From positions 25,399,719 to 25,463,718 of the forward strand of contig JAUZTB010000062.1 of the NCBI GenBank assembly GCA_034780895.1: a stretch of 64,000 nucleotides of DNA, read 5' to 3'. Made by a program: the position numbers and the translations under genes. This DNA is from Rhynchobatus australiae (Eukaryota). This document shows positions 35,958-49,795 of the stretch, one piece after another. Each line of letters opens with the position of its first letter. Position 1 is the stretch's first letter. The notes beneath the pieces were generated by a model that saw only the letters and a list, made by a program, of their open reading frames with translations, was not told the DNA's origin and did no database searches.

Positions 35958-36213
35958 GGGGTGGCACAGTAGCATAGCGGTTAGCATGATGCTATTACAG
36001 TGCCAGCAATCGGGGTTCGATTCCCGTCGCTGTCAGTAAGGAGTTTGTACGTTCTCCCATGCCTGCGTGGGTTTCCTCCGGATGCTCCGGTTTCCTCCGA
36101 CATTCCAAAGACATATGGGTAGGTTAACGGGTTTTAAATGGGCAGTGCAGACTCGTTGGGCTGGAAGGGCCTGTTACCATGCTGTAAATAAAATTTTAAA
36201 AATTTAATTTAAA
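35958..36213 (+). mobile_element. tRNA-derived V-SINE (HE1-like), near full length
   Basis: tRNA head gtggcacagtagcatagcggttagc...ggttcgattccc, V-domain gggtttcctccggatgctccggtttcctcc, CR1-like tail gggctggaagggcctgtt and an A/T-rich end. Confidence 0.88.
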
Positions 36214-36891
36214 AGAATGTGTAACAGGGGAACTTGATGTTACTTTGTGGAAAGAGTAACTGAATGTTTCGAGTCTGAAGCCCTTTGTCATAAATGGGAA
36301 AGAGAGAGAGAACTAGTTCATTTTCATTAGCAGAGAAGGTGGTGGGTTAGAACAAAGGGAATATCTCTAATCAGCTCTGTCCAAATGAACTAATGTAGCA
36401 GTTCTTTGTCTGTGTAATGCATTGTTAGTAACAAGGTTGTGGGACGCGCCCAGCAGACCAGATAATACTAGTAAGAAAAGAAAAATGGATCCAAAATGAT
36501 AACTGGTAGAAATGGCCAGTTTTGATGCAGACAGAATGTCTGAGTGTTTCCAGCTTTTTCTGTTTTTATTTCATAATTCCAGTGTCTAGTGTCTTTTTTT
36601 GATTGTTGTTACTTAGTTAACTTCCAAGAATGTCATCACTGTAACCTTGAGAAAGGTGAACCACTCAAATAGTTATAACTGAATGTCAACAAAACTTTAA
36701 AAATTACATCAGCCCAAGTTTATAAAGGAAATGTGACTGGTCAACTGTAATTTTTTTTGAAGTTTATTGAAAACACCCTGCATCTAGACTATCTGGATAT
36801 ATGATGAGATAAATTACAAAGGAACAATGCTGAGTTTTATCTTCATGAAATCAAGAGCTGATCTGGAACTGAGGGACAAACAAAGGGATTC

Positions 36892-37500
36892 AAGTCAAGT
36901 CAAGTGAGTCTAGGACTAAAGGGTGCAATTTTAGAACTAGAGGCTACCAGTTTAAAACAGAAATGAGAAATTTCTTTAGCCAGAGGATAGTGAAATTATG
37001 GAATTCTTTGCCATGTACAGCTGTGGAGGCCCAATCATTGGGAACGTTTAAGGAGGAGATTGATTGGTGTCTAATTAGTCAAGGTATCAAGGGATATGGG
37101 GATAAGGCCGGAAATTGGGGCTAGATAGGAATGATATTAGTTTAGTTCATGGAGCAGACTTGATGGACCGAATGGCCTACTTCTGCTCCTTTGTCTTGTG
37201 ATCTTGTGAGTTTATTGTCATATACACAAGTACAATGCAGCACAGATGCAATGAAAAAACTTGCAGCAGCAGCATCACAGGCACATAGCTTCAGAACACA
37301 CACAGAACCTAAATTATACATAAATTATACAAGACAGTGCAGAAAAAAATCTGTTCAAACAAGGTATCAGTGCAAAAAAAAACAGTTGGAGACAATTCCA
37401 TGATAGTGCAAGAGGTGGTCCATAGTGTTCTGTTGTTGAGATAGGATTAGGGTTGTGGAGGTCAGTTACTGAACCTGATGGTGTGAGACTTTAGACTTAT
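36892..37500 (-). mobile_element. Rex1/Babar-type 3' fragment interrupted by CR1
   Basis: Same tail as 33862 (caagtcaag..gagtttattgtcata), split at GTGAGT. Confidence 0.7.
36910..37205 (+). mobile_element. CR1 3' fragment with apparent 6-bp TSD GTGAGT
   Basis: Well-preserved CR1 3' end (gagaaatttctttagccagagg...gaatggcctacttctgctcct). GTGAGT occurs at 36904-36909 and 37206-37211. Confidence 0.85.
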
Positions 37501-38659
37501 TGATGGTCACAGCGAAGGCATGTGAACAAACAGGCGTTTGGAATTCAAAATTATTAATATTAATCCCTCTGGAAATCATGCATTAGAAATTTAAAGTTAA
37601 TGTACTAATTTTTGAAATCGGATTCTATTTGGATTTTTCCTTTTAAGATTAACCAATAAAATTAATTTAAACAAAATAGCTTAAGTATGTTATTTATGGT
37701 ATAAGCCATGACTCAGTAAAAGAATTCGTCCTTCTGAGTTAAAGATTTGTAGAAATTATTTCAATTCTGACTCCAGAGCCTAGAGCACAGAAATTAGGCT
37801 GAGGTTCCCAATGCAATGCTGTTGGAGTGCTTCAGTGTCAGAGGTGAAAATAAAACAAAAACCGATGCTGGAAATCTCAAATAAAGTTCTTCAAAACTTT
37901 CTGAAGTTTACACCAAAGTGTCATAATTCGCCAGTTCTCCATGTCACTGCAGTGTAATTTTTTGTGTCAAGTACTTTGTTTTCATAAAATACATAAATGC
38001 CAATATTGTTCATAATTTATATTAATAATTTTGACTGGAATCCTAAAAACAATTTCTAAGTTTATAAAGGCCATACAAAAGCAGGTCAGTTAACATTCAG
38101 ATAAGAAAAATAAAGAGTACAGGACTCTTTGGGTTATGGAAGACCTGACTGATGCAAATCCTACTTGACACAAGTTTTTCAAGAAAGGAAAGTTAGTTAC
38201 AGAAAGGCAAACATGTTCAGGAGTCATGGAATAGGGGTATCAGCTAACTAATTCAAAAGACAACCAGTCTTCAAACAAAAACCTGTTCACATGTAACCTC
38301 CCCACAGTAATCAAACAGACACCATTGCCAGTTCACAGTAGGAGGCCACTTAAGAGATTTGCTTTGGACACTGACAAGGCAATCTCTTCTCTTGTAAAAT
38401 ACTTTATCAATGTAACATTCATTAATACTTTAAGCCCATCAAAATTAGCCATTGCATGTGGGACATTCTGATTTTGTACCATTTTAACTACATATGGGAA
38501 GACAATAAATAAATGTTCATGTTAATTAATCCTCATTGGAATTGTTACTGATTTATAGAAAAAAAATCGGATTATGGATAGCTCTCAAGAACAGAACCCT
38601 GAAGTAATCTGGGGACTGTCTGTACTTCAATAATCTAAATGAGGTAGAAAAATAAATGG

Positions 38660-38822
38660 ATGTATGTACAAATCACTGAATGCTGTGGAACAGGTTATTA
38701 AGCCAACAGAAAATATGAACCATGCACTGGTGTTTATGTCTAGAGGGCTGGGGTTGAAGAATAAAGATGCTATTCATACGTTGTATGGAACCTTGGTTAG
38801 ATCACTCTTACGTTACTGCATA
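38660..38822 (+). mobile_element. CR1 ORF2 fragment
   Basis: Peptide FMSRGLGLKNKDAIHTLYGTLVRSLLRYCIQ matches CR1 FI.RG.E.K......LY.TLVRP.LEYCVQ. Confidence 0.75.
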
Positions 38823-41800
38823 CAAGTTGTTCACTGTCCATCAATCACCCTTTGCATAGACAACATGGTGAAACTTAGCTGATCCCTGGCTCAATGCCCA
38901 ATGATAGCATTGAATGGCTTTAGAATCCCATCCAGTTTCAATATCAGAATTGAACCCCAGACACTAGCGCTGTGAAGCTAAAGCCCTCTCAGATGTGCCA
39001 CTTATGGAGAGGGAATTGTAAAGATTCATGGCCCTAAAAATGAAGAAATTTCTGCTCATCTCAGCTGGAAGTGGCTGATTCTGAAGTTATGTTCTATAGA
39101 TCCAAACTCATAGCCAAATAGAGCAACATTTCAGTATCTACCTTGTCAAGCCTTTGAGTTCTGATAAAGGGTCTTTGACCTAAAAAACATTAACTTCATT
39201 TCTCCTTCCACAGATACTACCTGGCCTGCTGAGCGTTTCCAGAATTCTCTGTTTCTATTTAAGCCCTCTGTGAATTTGATAAAGTTCACTGAGATCACTT
39301 CTTGTTCTTCAACACTCCAGTGAATGTAGGCCCATTCCACTCTGACAAAACAAGGAGAGAATTGTGAATCTTTGCAATTCTCTGTTCAAATTCCATAGAT
39401 ATTATAGGCCTAGGAAATCAGGGAACATAGTAATCCTGCAGGAACGTGAGAGTGAGGTGGAGGATTAGTCATGTTATTGAATGGCAGAACAAGTTTACAG
39501 ATCTGCTTAACATAATCCTGCTTCTGTTTATGAATTTTACATGTTTTATTCTTACAGTGCAATACCTGTGTAACATAAGCTAATGTAACTTTTGCCCGTG
39601 TATTGCACTATTTGTATCTTAACCTCCTATGATCGTGTACAACTACCAAAATCTCTTCATACACCTGCAGTCAGTGGTTGCTCAGTATTTTAAAAAATAT
39701 TTTGCTTTTAGATTTTTTTCTTACCAAAAAGAACAAATTCACACAATATAATCCATTTTCCACTTTCTTGTTCAAACACATAAATGTCTTTTCCATCATT
39801 ATGCAGGCCTCTTTGAATCCTCCTCTCAACTTACTTCCATGCCTAAATTTATATCTTTAGCAGACTTGGATGCACAACACTTGGATCCCTCATCCAGGTC
39901 ATTGATATAGATTGAAAATTGCAAGGAGCAAATCACTGTTCCCTTAAACACTATTATTTACATTTTCTATCTATTAGCCTATTCTCAATCAATATTAAGA
40001 CAATGCCCTAATCCAACAAAATTTATCCTTAGTTATTTATGCTATATCTTCAGTCATAGAACTCAAACTTGAAACTTGAACTTCAACAACCTCTTGCAAG
40101 ATTTAACTCCTTTTTTCTTAATGGGATTGAATTTCGGAAGCAGATTACAACAGGCAGGTAGACTTTTTCTTAACATGAAATATGAAAATATGTCTAAACT
40201 TTACTCCAGCTTCTATGAGGTCAATTACAATTTCCAAGATCCAAACATATACCTCAAATTCTGAAGTGCAATTAAATATTTCAAAAGAGGTTTCTACATT
40301 GACTAGTTGTTCAATGTGAATGAATGCTTGATGTTTAGAACAAAGTGAGAGAGAGATAATAGTATCTGTTCACCATTTTTTGAAATTTATTCCACTGTCA
40401 TTTAACACTGAGACTGAGATCAATTAATCTTACACAGCTCAATGATCAAACCCAGTATCATCCTTGTCTATTTGCTCTCTGTTATGTTGTGCAGTGGCCA
40501 ATTCAAGAGTATATTTTTGTGTGAAACCTCTCCCTCTGATCTCAAATGATTAAAGGGATGTTTTTTTTTAAATCAGCCATTCTGTTAGTGACTTTAATTT
40601 ACTTCTTGACAGTTCAAAGGTTCTGTTAAAGTCTTTTATTAAAAGAACCATCAAAGTGCTCATGGCACTGGTTCAAAGCAGACAGCTACACCTCAAAATT
40701 TGTAGCAATCCAAAAGTTCAATTCAAGATACATTCAGTAATGTTTCACATATATTCCTCTTCCTGTGTGGCTCTGTGCAAAATATTCTTATCTATTGGGA
40801 TAAAATCTAATTCCAAGGAATTTAATTTAGGAATAATCATTGCTTTCTGCATCAGAGGCATTGGCCAACAATCTCACATGCTACATATTTTCCATTATGT
40901 TTTCATAGCAGAACCTTCAAAGATCTAATGGGAAAATATCCTTGTTACAGGTCCTTCAGTAACATCCTTTTCTGTAATGTACCAGTGCAAGGCAAATCAA
41001 ATATTGTTTTCCTAAATTAATGTTGAGGTGTTAGCCTTTCATGAGAAGGGGAGAAGAAAAGTCATTGACTTGAAACATCAATTCCATTCACAGTTGTTCA
41101 CTTGCCTGATTGGTATTTCTACCAGCTTTATTTTGTTTTTCTTTCAGATTTCAGCACCTACAATATTGGGCTTTTCAGAAAAAGTATGTGAACTGGCTTG
41201 GTTACAGGATAGTGAGAGTAAGAAAGGCTTACATTTAGATCACTTCTCAAACTTGAGACATCACAAATTACAGCTAATTATACTTGTTGCAATGTAAGAG
41301 GTGCACTAGTTACTCACTGAATAACTTTGTACAGGCCACAGGGAGCAGAACTTTGAGAAGCATTTGGTCAAGAACAGATGTCATAGAAGATCAATTAAGA
41401 ATCCCATGGTCCACAGAGACGCAGAGAGAAATATCNNNNNNNNNNNNNNNNNNNNNNNNNNNNNNNNNNNNNNNNNNNNNNNNNNNNNNNNNNNNNNNNN
41501 NNNNNNNNNNNNNNNNNNNNNNNNNNNNNNNNNNNNNNNNNNNNNNNNNNNNNNNNNNNNNNNNNNNNNNNNNNNNNNNNNNNNNNNNNNNNNNNNNNNN
41601 NNNNNNNNNNNNNNNNNNNNNNNNNNNNNNNNNNNNNNNNNNNNNNNNNNNNNNNNNNNNNNNNNNNNNNNNNNNNNNNNNNNNNNNNNNNNNNNNNNNN
41701 NNNNNNNNNNNNNNNNNNNNNNNNNNNNNNNNNNNNNNNNNNNNNNNNNNNNNNNNNNNNNNNNNNNNNNNNNNNNNNNNNNNNNNNNNNNNNNNNNNNN

Positions 41801-41925
41801 NNNNNNNNNNNNNNNNNNNNNNNNNNNNNNNNNNNNNNNNNNNNNNNNGGCATTGAGCCAGGGATCAGCTAAGTTTCACCATGTTGTCTATGCAAAGGGT
41901 GATTGATGGACAGTGAACAACTTGT
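38822..41925. repeat. Perfect 77-bp inverted duplication (38822-38898 / 41849-41925)
   Basis: Exact reverse-complement match. Both ORF translations share VHCPSITLCIDNMVKLS. The second copy abuts gap 41436-41848. Confidence 0.93.
39005..39345 (-). mobile_element. CR1 3' fragment carrying an inserted Penelope-type piece (39155-39260)
   Basis: Minus strand encodes a degenerate GLHSLECRRTRSDL pattern; gaagaaatttctgctcatctcag on +. Confidence 0.65.
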
Positions 41926-42436
41926 CTGACTAGACACTGGTCATGTGGTTGGCTACAAATGTACTGCGACTGGCCAATTTCAACCAAATTGTTGGGACAG
42001 CCCATTAAGGGCAGATGCCTTGTCCGTTGGCATACATGGTTACAATGCATTGGTGGGTGCTTAAGAAATACATCCTTCTGCTCCTATACTTGAATCTACT
42101 ATTACAATTATAAGACAAATAGAAAGGAAAAGCTGAACCAGGCAACATTTATTTTGATTGCAAGTTGATAGAAATTGAATTTATTGTTTTTAGTGAGATA
42201 ATTGTTAATGCTAATCTTCACCAATTCTCATGCACTAAATGCCAATCCTGCTCCTCGAAGGTTACCACAATATCAGTACCTAAACCATATTACCACTGAT
42301 ATCTGCTGCTGAGACATGAATAATGGCAAGACAGTCTGAGTTTAAAATTTTAATTTCTTTCTTAATTAACATGGAAACATTGATCAAAAATGGGAATGTT
42401 GAGCACAGAACTCTGAGATAGTGCATCAAGTTTTAA

Positions 42437-42439
<3 letters not shown>

Positions 42440-42479
<40 letters not shown>
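42440..42479. repeat. (GA)20 microsatellite
   Basis: Read directly from the sequence. Confidence 0.97.
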
Positions 42480-42481
<2 letters not shown>

Positions 42482-45400
42482 ACACCACTGGGAAAATAAA
42501 TAGAGGGGGTGTAGGACAGATGGGATTGCTTGGCTGGGACCCAGCAAAGTGCTGATGTACCGAATAGACTCTTCTGTATTATAGTAAGTAAACATCAATA
42601 AACAAGGAACTCACGCTTGTATATAATGAACCAGATCTTGTTGGCAGCTTTGTGGTGAAATGTTGGCATTTAAATGCTTGCGAAGTCAGCAACAACTTGG
42701 TCAAGCTCTGCTAGACTCCGCACGGAATCCCATGGTTGATCATGTACCTGCTTCATTCCTCAATGCTTATTATGGGAATCTGGAGCAGGAAAACAAATCT
42801 ATTCATTTGAAAGGTGATTTTACTACTAGTAGAAAGAAAGGTAAGAATAAGTTGTTATACTTCTGTTAATTATTTTCATTTGCTTTTACTTATTTGTAGG
42901 TATGTTGAAGAGTTTGGAGTGATTCAATTTGTTAATTTAAAATATATATACTAAGTTTTAAAATTTGATTTCATAATTGATTTTTAATTTCTAAGAACTC
43001 TTTCAATGGGATCTTTCTATCCATCAGGATAAGCCTCATACCTTCCTCAATGCAGTAATCTCCCAGTATTGCATAGATATATTAAATCAGTTTACAGGTT
43101 CAAGAGGAACCAGTTCGGATTTGCCTTCATAAATGATTGACTCAAAAGCCAGAAAGGAACTAATGAGCCAAGCTGATGTTTCAATAAGTTAAGCAACAAA
43201 AAAAAAGTCCCTGATGTAAACATTAATATTCTGGAGTGTCTGTGACTTTAAATAAATAGCTTTCAGGAGTACAGATTTGGAGCAGATATCATATGATTTA
43301 TGGATGGATTTACAACTGAATAATTTGCATCATTAAATCTTATAAATAAGCATTATATTTGTCAGATGGAATGACTGCTCTGTTAAAAAGAAACTTCCAA
43401 TTGGACCCAAGCTTTCTCAGTTTTGGAGAAGGGATTTGACTTACAGAAGATAAAAGTAGAAATTCCATAAATTTTGTAAATAATGTACAGCAGAACCCTG
43501 TTCCAATAAATTGAGTGGCTTGAACAGAAGAAGGTTTTTGTTTTGAACTGAATGTGGTAGTAATGTCTGCATCTTGACAGGACAAACAATGCAAGTGTAT
43601 TGAAGCAGATCTTATGTCTTAAAATATAAGTGGTAAGCTTTATATTAAAAAAAATAGATGATGTGATAAATTGAGTCAATGGAAAGAACACAAAAAAGTA
43701 AAAAATTAGTGTCCAAAATAAATCTATTATCAGTTTATTGGAATTAAGCAGTCATGAACTCTGAGCACATTAAACATCAACACTAGATTTCAGTCACAGG
43801 TAAGAACATGATTGTAAATTGGTACTTGGGCGCCATCCAGTGTAAATTTCTGGGATACAAATCCGTTCTCTGAAACAAAGGGCCCTCCACTGAAAAACTG
43901 GCAAATCCTCTTGGATCTACTGGCTTTGACACACTTAACTGAGTTTTGCTGTCAAAATAATGATATCATCACTATTTATGCATAGATGGTACAATAACTT
44001 TGGACAGGAGGTGGATATGCAGTAAAACCCTGATATCTTAAAAGTTTCTGTCTGAGTTGCACCACTCTGCTGTTATCTTTACAGAAAGAGCATTCTTCTG
44101 TTTACACCACCATTATATTGAATGTTGTGAAGTTGCTGCATTTGCACAGTGGATATGAACTAAACTTGCTGTAGATATTTCAGATCAAGAATCAACCGTA
44201 CATGTTCCCATTAAATAATTTAAGTTTTTATGAACACATCAAACTCTAACCCAGAAGACTAATTATTATAAAATGGCATTTCATTTCTTCAAGTTGTGAG
44301 TTTGAGCTTTTATAAAATGTCAAATTTTAAATATAATGTTTTTTGTTGTTAAATTTTCCTTACTTTTACTTCTCTTCCTTAATCTTAAGCTATCTGTACT
44401 TTGGAGTGTAATGACTCAAGGAAGTAAATCTTCTTTACTAAAATTGATCAGGTATTAATGCAGTAAAGGCAGAGCTGAATCATCATTTATGTGAAAGTGT
44501 TTATATTTTTGATGCTGGTGTTTCAAGGGATTCCAGGCTGATTTTCCCTTGGATTGTTTTGCTGGTTTCTCACTCATAAAAAAAACAGTATTTATTAAGC
44601 AAAAATGTTAAATTATAACTAATGTAATAGATAAGTGTAAACAACAGGCATCTTGGTATTGGACTGAGCTCTTAAACACTGCAGTAAGTGACCGGCAGCC
44701 AATGAAAGCAACCTGGAGTAGAAATGAAGATATTTCACCTGCAATCCCAGCTCCTTTGTAACGTGACACTGAAATTCACTACCATAACATTGCTTTGTTC
44801 TACATTCACAGCAGGACCTCTTCATACCAAATGATAAACAGTAGAGTCATCCATTTAGCTTATTGTGTTTTCAGCTGATAACACCGTATGGTCTGGAATT
44901 CCCTTCTTACACCTTACTGCCTCTCTGTTCTTCTCTCTTCCTTTAAGATGTTCCTTAAGACTTATTTTGATCAAACCTTTTGTCACCTGTTGTAGTATGT
45001 TCCTCTGTGGTTCTANNNNNNNNNNNNNNNNNNNNNNNNNNNNNNNNNNNNNNNNNNNNNNNNNNNNNNNNNNNNNNNNNNNNNNNNNNNNNNNNNNNNN
45101 NNNNNNNNNNNNNNNNNNNNNNNNNNNNNNNNNNNNNNNNNNNNNNNNNNNNNNNNNNNNNNNNNNNNNNNNNNNNNNNNNNNNNNNNNNNNNNNNNNNN
45201 NNNNNNNNNNNNNNNNNNNNNNNNNNNNNNNNNNNNNNNNNNNNNNNNNNNNNNNNNNNNNNNNNNNNNNNNNNNNNNNNNNNNNNNNNNNNNNNNNNNN
45301 NNNNNNNNNNNNNNNNNNNNNNNNNNNNNNNNNNAAGGATTTTTCATTTAAATTCTGATTTGGTTGTAAGTTAACAATAAAGGCTGACTGAGTCACCATT

Positions 45401-46869
45401 ATGACAATTCACTGAAGCAATCCAGAGAAATAGTTGTTCAATAATACAGTTCCAGGACAAGTATCATCAATAATGATTCAATGGCTTATTCCAATGACTT
45501 TCTTGTTCATTGGACAGTTTGAATTTTCAGGTAGAAAACTGATGCATGCACTGTTTCAGCCACATGGTGGGGCTGCTGATCAAGCACTGGTTAGTACCAG
45601 TTCCACAAAATGAGCTGGTGATAAAAATGTAGTTAATCATAACTCTGATGAATTCTGTTATAGACTTTTTGTTTTAAAAAATTCCACAAGAGAGTCGATG
45701 TTTTCAGCAAGAATGGCAAATGCATTGGAGGGATAAAGAGGAGAAAGATATCCTGGGTGTGGATATTTCAATAAAGTCTGTCAATAGCTGGCAGAATGTA
45801 AACAATACCTCTGCCATTATAGTTTTGTTGCCCATCTTAGTGCTCTTCAGTTTTAAAGATGTGCCATTGCAAAGCAACAATGTCCTCATAGTTAGACCAA
45901 TTACAAGAGAGGAGTGAGATGTCTGACAAATTGGATAGTCAAGAAACATAATTAGTTTTTTGTGGAATTGTTTTATATATACACCAGAAAAACTTATAGA
46001 ACATAAAAATATGAACTTGAGTACAAGCTGTATTTATACTGATGACTGTCAATTTACTAGGCATATGATTCATAGTGCAGCAAACAATATAAAATCAAAT
46101 TTATATGACACCACTGGCAGAACATTGCAAAAATGAGCTATCATGAAGTAAAAGCCTTAGACAAAACCATTCATGTTGCAGGCTAAGGCTTAATGGTACT
46201 TTATGTTGTACTTCTATATTCATTTCAAGATTTGCGCTATGTTCCAATTTCAATTGTAGCTTCAAATATCAATGGCTTGTATTTTCATATGCATGACATT
46301 GAAGATCATATTTGCCCAGATGATAACAAGTGATAACATTTAATGGTGTTCGCTGTTATTTGTTTGTAAGTAGGTCATTATTTGTGGTGAGGAAGTGATG
46401 CCATATGAATTGTGAGTTGCTGTAAGTGGCTGGATATTTGTGCCTTACAGAATTTCCAACCTGCCTATAAATATTCCTTCATATTTAATGAAGTTGATGC
46501 ATTTGCACCTAACTTGTTAAGTAATTGTACACATTAAGAGGCAATGGAGAAGATGTGAAAGGGATTAACAAGGATAATAGCATAACTAGGACACAGCAGG
46601 AATATCCATGCCATAATCCTGGAAGTCCTCCTGCCTGGTGATCTTGCTATAACATTCCCCAATACACAAATACCATTGCAGGCACCAATGGAAGGATCAC
46701 ATTGTTGAATGGACAGGAGAAGTACTAACACCACAAAGTTATGCCTGTAGGAAGCAATGCAGAAGCTGCAGGTCCTTTATTTAGAAAACAGAAGGTTGAA
46801 GGATTACCTGACAGAGATCTTTAAAATTATGAAAGGATTTGATGGTGGACATGATGGCTGGCCTTCAGG

Positions 46870-46970
46870 AATTCTGATAAAGGGTCTTTGATCTGAAACA
46901 TTAACTGATTCTCTTTCCACCGATGCTGCCCGACCTGCCGAGTTTTCCAGCATTTTCTGTTTTTGTATTA
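46870..46970 (+). mobile_element. Penelope-like pLTR fragment with hammerhead-like core at 46874-46899
   Basis: CTGATAA agggtc ttt gatct GAAAC attaactg...gatgctgcccgacctgccgagttttccagcattttctgttttt. Confidence 0.65.
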
Positions 46971-48851
46971 ACTATGTACATTCCATTATATATTATTACT
47001 ACATCAATTATGAACATTACTATATTACTACATACATTCTGCACATTATGACAATGGAGATGATAAAATGTAAAAAAATCTCAAATATGCCCATTTCTGC
47101 TTTAACAGGTGCATGACAGGGGAATGGTAGTCAACTGGCCTTCAGGATACAGAACCTTAATTTGACTATTCTGATGAGGCAATGTGTCTCACATTTTATC
47201 TCTTTCCACCTCATAGACTGCTTCACCAGAGGTTCCTGCCTTGGAAAATCCAGCAGCTAAGGGAAACAAGGGGTGTTTTATGGAAGATGTAAATGTTTTT
47301 CCAGTATTTCTTGTTCAACAGAAAGACTAAAGGAGTTTCCCCTGCAAATACTCCCCCCAGCAAGCTATGCATGTTTAAAACTCCATCAAAAAATAAATTG
47401 CGAATATTGTTGAGGTTGCAGTTCCATGACACAGTAAATCCGAGATTCAGAACCTTAAAATATAGGGATTTCAGGAATGCTTAAACCCATAAGGTATTTT
47501 TGGTAAAAAGAATTAATTAAAATAAAAGTGCAAAGCATTTTATTTATAAATAGGAACCTGAAACTGTTCTACAACTGGTATTTTGCTTGTGGCCATATCT
47601 TTAGAGGCTATGATCCCATACTATTACTGATCTGTACTAAAATGCTCAGCAGTCATATTAGAGTAGCACAGAAAGTTTGAGAAAGAAGTACAAAGGGGCA
47701 GATCTTCCCCTGTTCTGAGATCACTGGTTGCCTGTCCTTGAGCCGTGGTGTTTCCCCTGTCATGGACTAGGCAGAGTCTTCTAGCTCCTCATATTTTGGC
47801 ACAACAGGGTGAAATTCAGTGACTGCCTCTTCAAATTGCTCCATGGGTCTGCCGAGGTGTTGGCAGCCAGCTTCACTCACAGAATAGCCATGAGGCCCCA
47901 CCCACAGGCTGACCCCCTGTGACTTTGACAGCTCTCACTATTATGGGATGTTCCAGCACTAGAGTTGGAGCTGAGAAGATTTATAAAGGTGTGGCTGTGG
48001 CTGTAGAGTTATAGATATAGGGAGAGACTGTCCAGGTCCGAATTGTTTCCTTTAGAACAAATGAGACAGAGAAGGTGCAATTGAGGTGCATAAGATTGTG
48101 GAAGGAGTGGAGAGAACAAAGGGAATAGCATTGATGTGATAAGGTGAGTCACCAGTTTGTGTGCTGTAGAATTCTGCGACAAAATTACAAAATAACCTAG
48201 AGATGGACCATGCAATTTGAGAGCAGTAATGGAACTGTGCCACTGTCCCAAGGATCTTTTTCACAACATCTCTCCCTCTCCAAAACCCAGTCTAAAAGAC
48301 ATTAAAAAAAAAGGTGNNNNNNNNNNNNNNNNNNNNNNNNNNNNNNNNNNNNNNNNNNNNNNNNNNNNNNNNNNNNNNNNNNNNNNNNNNNNNNNNNNNN
48401 NNNCACCTTCTTGTGGAATCCATTATCTCTAAAGTTAACATGAATCAAAAGAAGTTGAACAGTATAAATTCTCTTTTGTGCTGAGCTAACTCAAAATGGA
48501 ATAATGTTTAACTTTAGTTTAGAAATTGGATTACTGTTTAACTCTAAATTTAGATCATCCCAATTTTTGATATGACTTTCATGGTGAAAAATCATCTAAT
48601 GATTGGAAGATTAAAGGTTATTACATCACCCTGAAGTGTCTTAAGATAGTCTTCTGTATTAACAGTTCAATATAAAAAAACACTAATGTTGTTGTTGTTG
48701 CCCCTGTTGTAGCAGGGGAAGTTTCTTTCTCTCTCGCATCAAACATTGCATCAATTGCTGCCCCAAAGCCTCAGCTGAGCCCTTCAGACTTTAAAACTAC
48801 AAGTTCAATTCACAATTTCTCTTGATTTAGTTGTGTGTTTGCATTTGTGCT

Positions 48852-49795
48852 TGTCACAATGTCACACGAGATCGTGGAGAACCCAAATGCAGAACCCCAG
48901 TACAAGATCGGAGTCAGGATGCTTCCTTGGAACGAAACGCAGGTGGCAACCAGAAGGAAGCTTCCCTCAGGGCTCTGGACATGGAAACAGGATTTTCACA
49001 AAGACACAGCAAAACCAGGACTGCTCTCAAGTTGCCAGCTCTAGGCAGCCAGGAGATGAGGTATACGCAAAGGTTGGCCAATACTCTGGCAACTAGTGCT
49101 AGTGATACCAGGGTTCTTATGCTAGTCCCCTGATGGGGCTCAGGTGTGTGTCATTATGCAATTAGTAGTGTATGGAATCCACGTGCTGCACAACAAGGCA
49201 CCATCAATGGACCCGAATTGAGGACCAGCACTCGGAACTATGACAGTACCACCCCACCCCCTCCCCCCACCAAACGGGAGCCTCCAGGTAACCCACCCAG
49301 CTTATTTGGATGGTTCTGATAGAATTCCTGAATGAGGGAGGGGTCCAAAATGAAGGAGCGAGGAACCCAGGAACATTCCTCTGGACCATATCCCTCCGAA
49401 TCGACCAAGTACTGCAGGCCCCTACCCCGGCAGCATATATTCAGTAAATGCCAGACAGTGTACACTGGGTGGTTGTTAACAATCTGGAGAGGGGGGGGCA
49501 GAGGAGGGGCAGGGGGGGCTTGTTATGGACTGCTAGCCACCNNNNNNNNNNNNNNNNNNNNNNNNNNNNNNNNNNNNNNNNNNNNNNNNNNNNNNNNNNN
49601 NNNNNNNNNNNNNNNNNNNNNNNNNNNNNNNNNNNNNNNNNAACTAGTGCTAGTGAAACCAGGGTTCTTATGCTAGGCCCCTGATGGGGCTCAGGTGTGT
49701 GTTGTTATGCAATTATTAGTGCATGGGATCCATGTGCTGCACAGCAAGGCACCATCAATGGAGTGAATTGAGAGCCAGCACTCGGAACCATGACA
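48852..49795 (-). mobile_element. Ty3/Gypsy chromovirus (sushi-like) LTR retrotransposon remnant, mostly hidden in or collapsed across a gap
   Basis: TGTCA...TGACA termini with 5-bp TSD GTGCT (48847-48851, 49796-49800). Complete 3' LTR at 48852-49245 and partial 5' LTR at 49642-49795. Polypurine tract on the minus strand next to 49246. Integrase chromodomain peptide [19 protein letters not shown] in ORF 49238..49465. Confidence 0.9.

Noticed and set aside
35958-36030. tRNA-like A/B boxes
   Set aside because: Head of a SINE continuing into a V-domain; not a functional tRNA cloverleaf.
41284-41906. Long ORFs spanning N-runs (also 44865-45399, 60441-61116, 30222-30554)
   Set aside because: Their length comes from untranslatable N gaps.
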